DNA of 51,736 nt from an uncultured Myxococcales bacterium (lineage in GTDB: Bacteria; Myxococcota_A; UBA9042), in contig CAIPXZ010000676.1 of assembly GCA_903869075.1 (NCBI GenBank), positions 1 to 51,736 on the forward strand, written 5' to 3'. Within the stretch, counting starts at the first letter, position 1. Each line of letters opens with the position of its first letter. Below the pieces are notes generated by a model. The model was not told where the DNA came from. It did no database searches and was given only the letters and a program-made list of their open reading frames with translations. Made by a program: the position numbers and the translations under genes. Shown here piece after piece: positions 26,605 through 35,385 of the stretch.

Positions 26605-26620
26605 TGGCACGCTTCATGCA
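26605..26620 (+). promoter_or_regulatory. Sigma54 (-24/-12) promoter
   Basis: TGGCACGCTTCATGCA has exact GG-N10-GC spacing and one mismatch to TGGCACG-N4-TTGCW. Confidence 0.65.
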
Positions 26621-26647
26621 CCCACTGACGATGGCCCAGCGTCGCGG

Positions 26648-27133
26648 TTGACGCGGCGCGCCTGGTGGTTGAACGTGTGGTCCGCCTGCATGCTGACAAG
26701 TTGTGTCGTCTTGCCGCCGACAGCGGATGCCCCGGTCGCGGTGCCGCCCATGCTGCGCGTGACGAGCGTCAACCCGGATGAGCTGATCCCGGTGACGATC
26801 AACGACCCGAAAAATGGCCATGAATTCAAGATTGAAGGCGTGGCGACGCAGAACGTCGACAACGCTGGCTTGCACTACTACTGGTATTTTGACTGGGACG
26901 GCAGCAGCACGGTGCTCGATATCTCCGCGATTTGTCAGAGCAAGCCGACGTGCACGATCGCGCTGTGCGATCGCCCGAACAATACCAAGGAGGCGCATAC
27001 CCTGTTGGCGGTTGTCAGCTCGGCGGCGCTGCTGGACGGCGCAGTGAAGCCCATGGAATTTCCGACGAGCACGGTTGCCGACACGGTGCAGTGGAATATC
27101 GACAACAAGGGCAGCTGCGTCAGCGTTCCCTGA
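26648..27133 (+). CDS. Hypothetical lipoprotein
   Basis: TTG 26648 gives MTRRAWWLNVWSACMLTSC (lipobox) and fits the sigma54 promoter position. The longer ORF start at 26420 looks non-coding. Confidence 0.65.
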   Translation: MTRRAWWLNVWSACMLTSCVVLPPTADAPVAVPPMLRVTSVNPDELIPVTINDPKNGHEFKIEGVATQNVDNAGLHYYWYFDWDGSSTVLDISAICQSKPTCTIALCDRPNNTKEAHTLLAVVSSAALLDGAVKPMEFPTSTVADTVQWNIDNKGSCVSVP

Positions 27134-27214
27134 GCGCGACAAAACTGGATCGCCCGGCGGCGATCCGTAGGCTGCCGGCGGGCAGCAGTGAGGCGAGGCG
27201 TGGTGGTGAACGGG

Positions 27215-28942
27215 ATGCAGCGGCAATGGCAGTGGACGAGCGTGCTGGCGTGCGCGCTCGGGCTTGCCGTTGCTGGCTGCGCGGCTCCGGATGCGCCAGC
27301 GGGCGAATGCACCGTGGACAAGGACTGCGTTGCTGGGCTGAAGTGTTACGAGGCGCGGTTCTGCGTCGCCGCGAGCGTCGCCGACACACCGGTCGTCGTG
27401 CGCGTATCACCGCCTGCTGACAGCGGTTTTGTGGTCGAGCAGTTCAAGCTCACCTTGACCGGCGCGACGCAAAACGAGGCGCGCAAGCTGGTGCTGACCG
27501 AACCGGCGGTGATCCGCGGTACGATTACGCAGAAGGCCAACCAGCTGGCGGCTTCGATCCCCGGCACGCTGCTGGCCACCGCGCCGGGCGACGTCGCCGG
27601 CCGCGAGCTGACTTTTCAGGCGACCTCCTACATCGGCCTCAAGCAGTTTCCGGGCAGCCAGAGTGAGCAGGGCTACGAGCTACGCGTGCAGAAGGGCCAG
27701 AGCTACGCGCTTGCATTTTGGCCGCAATCTGAAGAGATTCCTCCGCATTATTCAACACTTACGGCGGGTGACTCGATCGACCAGTGGAACCTGGTGCTGC
27801 CGGCGGCGTCCGAGCTGCGCACGCTGAGCGGCCGGATCTACGCCGGCGACAACCAGCCGATCGTCGGCCTGCGGGTGTGGCTGCGCGATGCCGCCGGTCA
27901 GGCGTGGTCGACAAGCGGCAAGACCGACGCCAACGGCCAGTACGCCTTCAAGGTCGACCCGACGGCGCCGCCCGCGCGGCTGGTTTTTGGCCCGGATTCA
28001 AGCGCTTCCGCCTACCAGATCGCCGTCCTGCCGTCGGGCGAAGTCGCGCTGCCGCTGCAGGTCACCGCGGTGGCCGACGTCTTGCCGGCGATCCACCTCG
28101 CGGCGCTGCCGACGATGACGACGAGCGTGCTGCACGTGACCGGTCCCGATGGCCAGCCGGTGATGGGCGCAGCCGTTCGCCTGAGCATCAAGCTGGCGGA
28201 TCTGCCGGACGACGTGACGCTGGCTGGGCTGGGGCTGGAGTGGAACGCGCTGACCGACGCCAGTGGCGCCGTGCGGCTGCAAGTACCGACGATGCCTGGG
28301 GATCTGACCGTGACGCCGCCGCCCAAGGCCGTGGCGGCGCGGCTGCAGCAGCTGGCGACGACGCTGGCGCCCGGCGACGTGCAGATCGCGCTGGTGTCGC
28401 GCATCCACGTGACTGGCAATGTCATGGATTTTGCGTCGCACACCGTGCCTGGCGCGACAGTGACGCTGCGCGAGGTCGAGGCCGACGGCGAGGCGCCCGA
28501 CACCGACGGCGACGAGGCGACGTTTGCGGCAACTCCGGATGCGGACGGCAATTTTGCGGTCTGGGCCGACGCCGGCAAGTACGCTGTGTGGGTGGAGCCG
28601 CCGTTGGGCACTTCACTGGCGCGGGTGCTGGCGCGCATCGACGACGTGACCTCGGACACGGCCGCCAACCCGTGGCACCTTGTGCTGCCGCCGCCGATGG
28701 TGCTGGCGGGCGAGGTGCTGACCCAAGCCGGCGTGGCGCTGCTGGGCGTGCAGATCGATGTGCTGGCGGTGAAAGTCCAGACGCCGCAAGGCAGTAGCGG
28801 CAACACCGGCGGCGATGGCCAGCTGGGCACCAACCCGTCGGGGACCGTTGTGCTGGACAGCCACCTGCTTGGCTCGACGCAGTCGACCGCGGATGGCCGG
28901 TTTGAGGTGCTGCTGGCGCCCGGTCAAGTGGCGCCCGAATAG
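27215..28942 (+). CDS. Lipoprotein with repeated carboxypeptidase-regulatory-like (transthyretin-fold) domains
   Basis: Lipobox VAGC, Cys knot CTVDKDC...C...C, and repeated (L/V)xGxV...P(I/V)xG...TDAxGxF/Y units. Confidence 0.75.
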   Translation: MQRQWQWTSVLACALGLAVAGCAAPDAPAGECTVDKDCVAGLKCYEARFCVAASVADTPVVVRVSPPADSGFVVEQFKLTLTGATQNEARKLVLTEPAVIRGTITQKANQLAASIPGTLLATAPGDVAGRELTFQATSYIGLKQFPGSQSEQGYELRVQKGQSYALAFWPQSEEIPPHYSTLTAGDSIDQWNLVLPAASELRTLSGRIYAGDNQPIVGLRVWLRDAAGQAWSTSGKTDANGQYAFKVDPTAPPARLVFGPDSSASAYQIAVLPSGEVALPLQVTAVADVLPAIHLAALPTMTTSVLHVTGPDGQPVMGAAVRLSIKLADLPDDVTLAGLGLEWNALTDASGAVRLQVPTMPGDLTVTPPPKAVAARLQQLATTLAPGDVQIALVSRIHVTGNVMDFASHTVPGATVTLREVEADGEAPDTDGDEATFAATPDADGNFAVWADAGKYAVWVEPPLGTSLARVLARIDDVTSDTAANPWHLVLPPPMVLAGEVLTQAGVALLGVQIDVLAVKVQTPQGSSGNTGGDGQLGTNPSGTVVLDSHLLGSTQSTADGRFEVLLAPGQVAPE

Positions 28943-29066
28943 CCCTTGCCGCCGCCAAGCCTGCGTCCTTTCGTGGACATTGCCGCACCGCCGTTGACGG
29001 TTGGGCGGCGCCATGCCAGAAAGCCGCCCGCGCGCCGTCGTTACCGCGCCGTTACCCGAGGTTGTC

Positions 29067-30029
29067 ATGCACAAAGTCGTCATCATCGGCGGAGGCCCCG
29101 CGGGGCTCACCGCCGCGATCTACACCGCCCGCGCCGATCTGAAACCCATCGTTTTTGAGGGCGGATTCCTGCCGTCCGGCGAGCTGATGATGGCCGGCGG
29201 CCAGCTGATGATCACCACCGAGGTCGAGAACTTCCCCGGCTTTCCCGAAGGCGTGACCGGCCCGGAGCTCGTCGAGCGCTGCCGCACCCAGGCGCAGAAA
29301 TTCGGCTCCGAGCACCGCGATGAAGTGATCCAGGAGGTCGACTTCTCCGGCTTTCCGCTGCGTTTGCGCACGGATTCCGGGTGGTTGGAGACCGCCACCG
29401 TCATCATCGCCACCGGCGCCAACGCCCGCTGGTTGGGCATCCCCAGCGAGCAGACCTACCTGAACCGCGGCGTTTCCGCTTGCGCAACCTGCGACGGCGC
29501 GTTCTTCCGCGACAAAAACGTGCTTGTCATCGGCGGCGGCGACACGGCGATGGAAGAGGCGAATTTCCTGACGCGCTACTGCCCGTCGGTGACCATCGTG
29601 CACCGCCGCGACAGCTTCCGCGCCAGCCGCATCATGGCCGAGCGCGCGCTGAAAAACCCGAAGATCAAAGTGGAATGGAACGCCGGCATCGACGAAATCT
29701 TCGGCGACGGCAAGTTCGTCACCGGCGTGCGGCTGAAGTCCACCGTCGACGGCTCGACGCGCGAATTGCCCTGCCAGGGCGTGTTCGTCGCCATCGGCCA
29801 CCAGCCCAACACGAGCGTCTTTCAGGGGCACATCGACCTGTATGACACAGGTTACGTCAAGTTGCATGGCCTGACCCAGACAAGCGTGCCGGGCGTTTTT
29901 GCCGCCGGCGACGTGGCGGACCAGCGCTACCGCCAGGCGATCTCGGCGGCGGGCATGGGCTGCATGGCAGCGCTGGACGCGGAAAAGCTGATTGAGGAAT
30001 ACGTCAGCGAGGGCAAGCTCGGCCATTGA
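29067..30029 (+). CDS. trxB: Thioredoxin-disulfide reductase
   Basis: IIGGGPAGLTAAIY, GVSACATCDG, GGGDTAMEEA, VHRRD and GVFAAGDV...YRQAISAAGMG. Confidence 0.97.
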   Translation: MHKVVIIGGGPAGLTAAIYTARADLKPIVFEGGFLPSGELMMAGGQLMITTEVENFPGFPEGVTGPELVERCRTQAQKFGSEHRDEVIQEVDFSGFPLRLRTDSGWLETATVIIATGANARWLGIPSEQTYLNRGVSACATCDGAFFRDKNVLVIGGGDTAMEEANFLTRYCPSVTIVHRRDSFRASRIMAERALKNPKIKVEWNAGIDEIFGDGKFVTGVRLKSTVDGSTRELPCQGVFVAIGHQPNTSVFQGHIDLYDTGYVKLHGLTQTSVPGVFAAGDVADQRYRQAISAAGMGCMAALDAEKLIEEYVSEGKLGH

Positions 30030-30078
30030 GCGGACGGCGCCGTGACACCGCTGTCGCAGCCGTGATCGGCGTGTCAGG

Positions 30079-30897
30079 TCAGAGGTCGACGAGCTCGACC
30101 GCCGCTTTGCCAACCGGGAAGAACAGGCCGCCGACGCGGTGGAAGCGCTCGACGGCGTCGGTGGCGAGCAGATCGATGTGGCCGTCGCCCGCCTGCGCCG
30201 GCCCGAGCATGCGCGCCAGCTCCTGGGCGATCGGCTCGGCGGAGTCGACGAGCGCCACGTCGCGGTCCAGCAGCCGACCCAGCACGCGCTTGAGCATCGG
30301 CTTGAACACCGGATAGTGCGTGCAACCCAGCACCAGCGTGTCGATTTTGCGCGCACCGGCATCGGCCAGCCACGGCGCCAAATACGCCAGCAGCGTCGCC
30401 TCCGTCGCCGGGTGGTCAAACCAGCCCTCCTCGGCGAGGCTGACGAGCAGCGGCGTCGCCAGCGAATAGACCCGCGCGTTGCCGTCCAGCGCGGCGCTCG
30501 CCGCCGGGTACGCGCCCGAGGCGACAGTCCGCTCCGTGCCGATGATGCCGATGTGCCCCGAGCGGCTGGCACGCACCGCCGCTTCGGCGCCGGGGTCGAT
30601 CACGCCCAGCACCGGGAACGGATAGGCGTCGCGCAGCGCCGGAATCGCGCACGATGACGCGGTGTTGCACGCCACCACAAGCGCATCCACCGGCACTTCC
30701 ACAAGCTTTTTGGACGCCTGCAGCGCGTAGCGCTCGACCGTCGACGCGCTCTTGGTGCCGTACGGCAGCCGCGCGGTATCGCCCAAAAACCGCAGATCGA
30801 CCCATGGCAGCGCCGCGTGCACCGCGCCGAGCACCGTCAAGCCGCCTACGCCTGAGTCAAAAACCGCAATCCGTCGCCGCTGGGGAGCCGTCGTCAT
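30079..30897 (-). CDS. murI: Glutamate racemase
   Basis: FDSGVGGLTV, GDTARLPYGTKS, VACNTAS and LVLGCTHYP. Confidence 0.97.
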   Translation of the reverse strand: MTTAPQRRRIAVFDSGVGGLTVLGAVHAALPWVDLRFLGDTARLPYGTKSASTVERYALQASKKLVEVPVDALVVACNTASSCAIPALRDAYPFPVLGVIDPGAEAAVRASRSGHIGIIGTERTVASGAYPAASAALDGNARVYSLATPLLVSLAEEGWFDHPATEATLLAYLAPWLADAGARKIDTLVLGCTHYPVFKPMLKRVLGRLLDRDVALVDSAEPIAQELARMLGPAQAGDGHIDLLATDAVERFHRVGGLFFPVGKAAVELVDL

Positions 30898-31014
30898 GGC
30901 CGGCAGTTTCGGCGGCGGGCGATCGACGGTCAAGTTCCCCGCCAGCGCGCTCGACAACCCGCGCCGTGCGTGCTTACTTGAGCGCCGCCGCGGCGGACGG
31001 CGCTGGAGGGTGGC

Positions 31015-32934
31015 ATGGCGCAGCACGACGACGATTTCCTGGACGACGACGCGCTGGACGACGGCGACGATTTTGACCTGGCCGCCGGCTGGGGCGATGA
31101 CGACGACGAGGACGATGCGGACGCGGAGTCGGGCGAGCTGGCGGAAGTCCGCCATGCAGAAGAGGATTTGGAGCCGTGGCTGCCGCAAGCCGGCGATGCG
31201 CCTGACCCGTTCGCCGATCAGCCCGAAGCGCGGCAGCGCGCGCTGGCGCCGTTGCTGGATCGCGGCGGGCGGCACCTGACGTGGTCGTCGCTGCGGTTTT
31301 TGCGCGGCACCGGCGACGAAAAGCTGGACCTGATCTTGTCCCTGCCGGACCCGGCGCGCGCCGTGCAGGCGATGGCGCCGGAAGAATTTGTCTTGCTCAT
31401 CAAGGAGATCGGCCTGACCGACGCCGGCGATCTGCTGGCTTTGGCCTCGCCGCGGCAGCTGCAGGCGACGCTGGACCTCGACGCGTGGCAGTCGGGCGAG
31501 CTGGACACCAAGGCCGTCTCGGAGTGGCTGTTGACCGCCGAGGACGCGGGCAAGGACGTCGTCGATCGCTTCACAGCGGCGCAGGACGACGGCCTGCTGA
31601 GCTTCTATCTAGGCCAGTCGTTGAAGGTCGTGATCGTCACCGAGGACGACATGGAGGGCGACATCCCGGACGACGCCGAGGTGTTCAACTCGCCGGATCA
31701 GGCGTTCCAGCTGATCGGCAATGGCGACGATCCGAACCTGACGGCGGTGCGGCAAGTGCTGGCGTCAGTCTGGCGGCAGTCAGCGGCGCGCGGCCGGGCG
31801 CTGCTGCTGGCGACGCGCTGGGAGCTGCCGGCGCAGCTGGAAGAGGACGTGCTGCAGCTGCGCAACGCGCGGCTGGAAGAGCTGGGTTTCCTGGATCGCG
31901 ACGAGGCGCTGCAGCTGTACGGCTACCGCGACGCCCATGCCTGGAAGCGGGAGCTGCACGCGCGCTACCGCGGCACGGCGACGGCGGAGCCCGAGACGCT
32001 GCAGCCTTACCTGCCGGCCGACGTGCCGGTGCGGCTGGGTCTGGCGCTGCGGGACGTGCGCGATGGCGGCTTTCTCGGCCGGGTGATGGCGCACGTGCCC
32101 GAGGAAGTCGTGACGCGGCTGCGGCTGGGCCTTGTGCGGCTGGGCTACGCGGTGCAGTCGGCGCGCGCTGAGCGGCCCTCGGCGGTAGATGAGCTGAGCC
32201 GCTGGAGCCGCCACGCGCTGCTGACGGCGTCCATGGGCCTCGAATTCCTCGGCGACGGCGACGTGACCTACGCCGGGCTGCTGCTGACCGTTGTGCCGCT
32301 CAAGGAGTTGTTCACCGCCGGCCACAGCTTGGTGCTCGTCGAGGCGCAGCGCGCGCGGACCTTGCGCCACCAGCTGGGCGGCGCGGCGGGTCTGGAGCGG
32401 GTCGAGCCGGCGGACCTGCAGCTGCTGCGCGGCCTGACGCTGCCGTTCCCGCAGTACGGCCACGACGGCCAGAGCGAGCCGGTGGCGGCGCTGGACGAGC
32501 TGGCGACGATCCGCCAGCGGCTGGCGGGCGTGGCGGCGGTGGTGCTGATGGCGCAGACGCTGTCCGGCGGCGACCTGAAGGCGACGGCGCCGTTGCCGCT
32601 GCGGGCGCTTGTCGGCACGGCGATCGCTTGGCAGCTTGTGAGCGGAACGCCGCAGCTGGCGCCGCTGGACCGCTTGAATTTCCAGGCCTTTTTGCAGCGC
32701 GGCTTTGACGGCCCGCCCGGTGCGCGCACGGTGCGCCGTGACCTGCGGCAGGCGCTGATCCGCGCGCTGCTGACGCGGCCGGACGTGGCCGACGACGACG
32801 TGACGGCGCTGACGGCGTTCCTGGAGACGACGCTGGACCGCCTGGGCGAGGAGCTGGGCGGCCTGGATCCGCAGAGCGCGGTCGACTTGCGCTACGTTGG
32901 CGAGGGCCTGCGGGTGGTCAAAGTAGACCAATAA
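31015..32934 (+). CDS. Conserved deltaproteobacterial hypothetical protein (DUF6178-like)
   Basis: Acidic N-terminus; LIKEIGLTDA..LLALASPRQLQ..LDLDAW and ELEE-like...RLEELGF...EALQLY pattern. Family recalled, not searched. Confidence 0.65.
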   Translation: MAQHDDDFLDDDALDDGDDFDLAAGWGDDDDEDDADAESGELAEVRHAEEDLEPWLPQAGDAPDPFADQPEARQRALAPLLDRGGRHLTWSSLRFLRGTGDEKLDLILSLPDPARAVQAMAPEEFVLLIKEIGLTDAGDLLALASPRQLQATLDLDAWQSGELDTKAVSEWLLTAEDAGKDVVDRFTAAQDDGLLSFYLGQSLKVVIVTEDDMEGDIPDDAEVFNSPDQAFQLIGNGDDPNLTAVRQVLASVWRQSAARGRALLLATRWELPAQLEEDVLQLRNARLEELGFLDRDEALQLYGYRDAHAWKRELHARYRGTATAEPETLQPYLPADVPVRLGLALRDVRDGGFLGRVMAHVPEEVVTRLRLGLVRLGYAVQSARAERPSAVDELSRWSRHALLTASMGLEFLGDGDVTYAGLLLTVVPLKELFTAGHSLVLVEAQRARTLRHQLGGAAGLERVEPADLQLLRGLTLPFPQYGHDGQSEPVAALDELATIRQRLAGVAAVVLMAQTLSGGDLKATAPLPLRALVGTAIAWQLVSGTPQLAPLDRLNFQAFLQRGFDGPPGARTVRRDLRQALIRALLTRPDVADDDVTALTAFLETTLDRLGEELGGLDPQSAVDLRYVGEGLRVVKVDQ

Positions 32935-32969
32935 CTCGACAGCCGGGCGGTCCGCGGCACACTTTGGCC

Positions 32970-33899
32970 ATGGACGCAGATATCCAGGCCTTCTTGCGCT
33001 ACATCCAGACCGAACGCCGCCTCTCGGCGCACTCCTTGCGCGCCTATACCCTTGATTTGGAACACTATTATGACTGGTGCACCGTCGCCGATACGTCCAC
33101 GCGCATGGCGACGCGCGAGCACGTGCGCGAGTACGTGATGGACCTGCACGACAAGCTGGCGCCAGCGTCGGTGGCGCGGCGGCTGTCAGCGCTGAAGAGC
33201 TTTTACAAATTCCTGATTCGCTGCAACCGCTTGGACGCGAGCCCGGCCGATGGCCTGCGCGGTCCCAAGCAGCCCAAGCTGCTGCCGCAGATGCTGAGCG
33301 TCGATGAGATGATCGCGCTGCTGTCGCCGCCGCTGACCGGCGAGGAGGGCGATCCGCTGCTGCAGCTGCGCGATCTGGCGATCCTCGAGATGCTCTACGG
33401 CGCCGGGCTGCGCGTGTCGGAGCTGACCGGGCTGGACGTCGTCCACGTGCAACTGGGCGAGCGGCTCGTGCGCGTGCGCGGCAAGGGCAAAAAGACCCGC
33501 ATCGTGCCGTTTGGCAGCAAGGCGGTGGCGGCGATGCAGCGCTATTTGCCGGCGCGGCAGACGCTGCTGGACCGCTGCCCGCTGGGGCTGCGCGCGGACG
33601 CCGAGAAGGCGCTGTTCCTGAACTGGCGCGGCAGCCGGCTGACGGCGCGCAGCGTGGCGCGGATGCTGGAAAAACGCTGTCTGCAAGCTGGGTTGCACAA
33701 GACGACGCACCCCCACGCGCTGCGCCACTCGTTCGCCACGCACCTGCTGGATGCTGGCGGCGATATCCGTGAAATCCAAGAGCTTTTGGGCCATGCGCGG
33801 CTGTCGACGACCCAGCGCTACACCCACGCGTCGATGGGCCAGCTCATGCGCACGTACGACCGCGCGCACCCGCGGGCGGTGGCGGAGGCAAAGCCATGA
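32970..33899 (+). CDS. xerC: Tyrosine recombinase XerC
   Basis: LRDLAILEMLYGAGLRVSEL, VRGKGKKTR, HPHALRHSFATHLL, IQELLGH, STTQRYTH and YDRAHPRA. Confidence 0.88.
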   Translation: MDADIQAFLRYIQTERRLSAHSLRAYTLDLEHYYDWCTVADTSTRMATREHVREYVMDLHDKLAPASVARRLSALKSFYKFLIRCNRLDASPADGLRGPKQPKLLPQMLSVDEMIALLSPPLTGEEGDPLLQLRDLAILEMLYGAGLRVSELTGLDVVHVQLGERLVRVRGKGKKTRIVPFGSKAVAAMQRYLPARQTLLDRCPLGLRADAEKALFLNWRGSRLTARSVARMLEKRCLQAGLHKTTHPHALRHSFATHLLDAGGDIREIQELLGHARLSTTQRYTHASMGQLMRTYDRAHPRAVAEAKP

Positions 33900-35209
33900 A
33901 GCGGCTGGTATTCGGCGCGCTGTGCCTGTGCGTCGCATGGCCGGCGTGGGCGGCGCCGGAAGTTCCTGAAATCGATGGCGGTTTTGATATCGGTCTCGGC
34001 GTGCTGGACAGCGACTTCTACGTCGCCGCGGACGCCTACGCCGCCTACCGTTCGCCGCAGCTCGACCTCGTCGGCCAGGTGCCGCTGCGGCTGATGCTGA
34101 CCGGCGACGACGGCGTGCGGATCCGCCGCCAGGACTGGGACGAAGCCTCCGATTTTACTCGGCTTTTGCGCCAGCTTGACTGGCGGCCGAGCGACGCGTT
34201 CCGCCTGCGCTTGGGCGAACCGACTGGCGTGACGCTGGGCCACGGCGCGATTGTCGACCACTTTTACAACGCCACCGACCTCGACCACTACAAGACCTCG
34301 CTGGCGGTGCGCTGGCAAAACCTGCGCTACGGCGCCGAGTTTTTCAGCGATGACGTTGTGCACTGGGAGATCCTGGCGGCGCGTGCTTTCTACCGGCCGC
34401 TGGGCGAAACGCAGTCCTGGGTCCGCGATCTGCAAGTGGCGCTGACCGTGGCGGTCGATCGCGCGGCGCCGACCGGCACGATGATGGGCGTGGACGGCAC
34501 GAACATGCCGATTGCGCTGCGGGCGCCGGTGTGGCTGTACGGCGTGGACGCGGACATCCCGCTGTGGCGCGGCGGGCGGCGGCAGCTGCTGCTGTACACG
34601 GACGTCGTCGGCCTGTCGCATTCGCCGCAGTTCGCTGACGCGCCGGCGCAAAATACCGGCGGCTGGCACTTGGGCCTGACGCTGGAGTTGCCGGCGATCG
34701 CCGCCAAGACCGACCTGACCGTGCGGCTGGAAGGCGTGTACATGGGCCACGGCTATCTGCCCGGCTATTTTGATAACCTCTATGAAGTCGAGCGCTTCCA
34801 GGCACAGGCGGCGCAAAACCCGATGCAGCTGACCAAGCTTGGGTGGGCGGCACAAAACACCGGATCGCTGGGTGTGCGGGCGCGGTTTGATCTGGTCAGC
34901 GACGCGGCGTGGCGGCTGACGGCGCTGCTGGCGTGGCTGGGTCAGGATGGCGTGAGCACGCAGCTGTGGCTGGCGACGCCGGAGGTGAATGGGCTGTCGA
35001 TCCACGCGCACTGGGGCCAGCAGCACCTGCAGGCGGCGGCGGACATGGGCGTGATCGCACGGACCTCGGCGTTGGCGGAGGTGCGCTACCGGATCGGCGC
35101 GGCGTTGTCCGCGGTGCTGCAGGCGGGCACGCGCTGGCAGGCGCTGGACGACGGTTACGCCGCGCGGCGCGAGCTCTACGGTGCGGCGCGGTTGGAGTGG
35201 AAGCTGTGA
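33896..35209 (+). CDS. Exported protein, probable outer-membrane beta-barrel
   Basis: Signal peptide ending AWA, alternating beta-strand pattern and C-terminal ARLEWKL. ATGA overlap with xerC. Confidence 0.6.
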   Translation: MKRLVFGALCLCVAWPAWAAPEVPEIDGGFDIGLGVLDSDFYVAADAYAAYRSPQLDLVGQVPLRLMLTGDDGVRIRRQDWDEASDFTRLLRQLDWRPSDAFRLRLGEPTGVTLGHGAIVDHFYNATDLDHYKTSLAVRWQNLRYGAEFFSDDVVHWEILAARAFYRPLGETQSWVRDLQVALTVAVDRAAPTGTMMGVDGTNMPIALRAPVWLYGVDADIPLWRGGRRQLLLYTDVVGLSHSPQFADAPAQNTGGWHLGLTLELPAIAAKTDLTVRLEGVYMGHGYLPGYFDNLYEVERFQAQAAQNPMQLTKLGWAAQNTGSLGVRARFDLVSDAAWRLTALLAWLGQDGVSTQLWLATPEVNGLSIHAHWGQQHLQAAADMGVIARTSALAEVRYRIGAALSAVLQAGTRWQALDDGYAARRELYGAARLEWKL

Positions 35210-35385
35210 ATCAGGCTGCGGTTCAGCGCGTTGGAAGAGCGGCTGCGGCGGTGTTTGACGCAGTGCGTTAGAACAGGCACCCTCCGGATTTGGGTTGTGG
35301 ACTTGATCGTCCGCGGCCGATCGCGGATGCTTCTGCGCCCAGCGAAGTGCAACACGGGGCGAATACTGGTTTCGGAGGTCTGGAT

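Noticed and set aside
26446-26618. Calling the rod-like region a 6S RNA
   Set aside because: Size fits, but I could not recognise 6S conserved motifs, the usual zapA/ygfA context is absent, and a sigma54 enhancer region explains part of the symmetry. Kept only as a finding.
32970-33899. Tyrosine recombinase as a prophage or island integrase
   Set aside because: Size and motifs fit housekeeping XerC; there are no att repeats, tRNA, phage genes or composition shift. No dif-like site was seen in the window.
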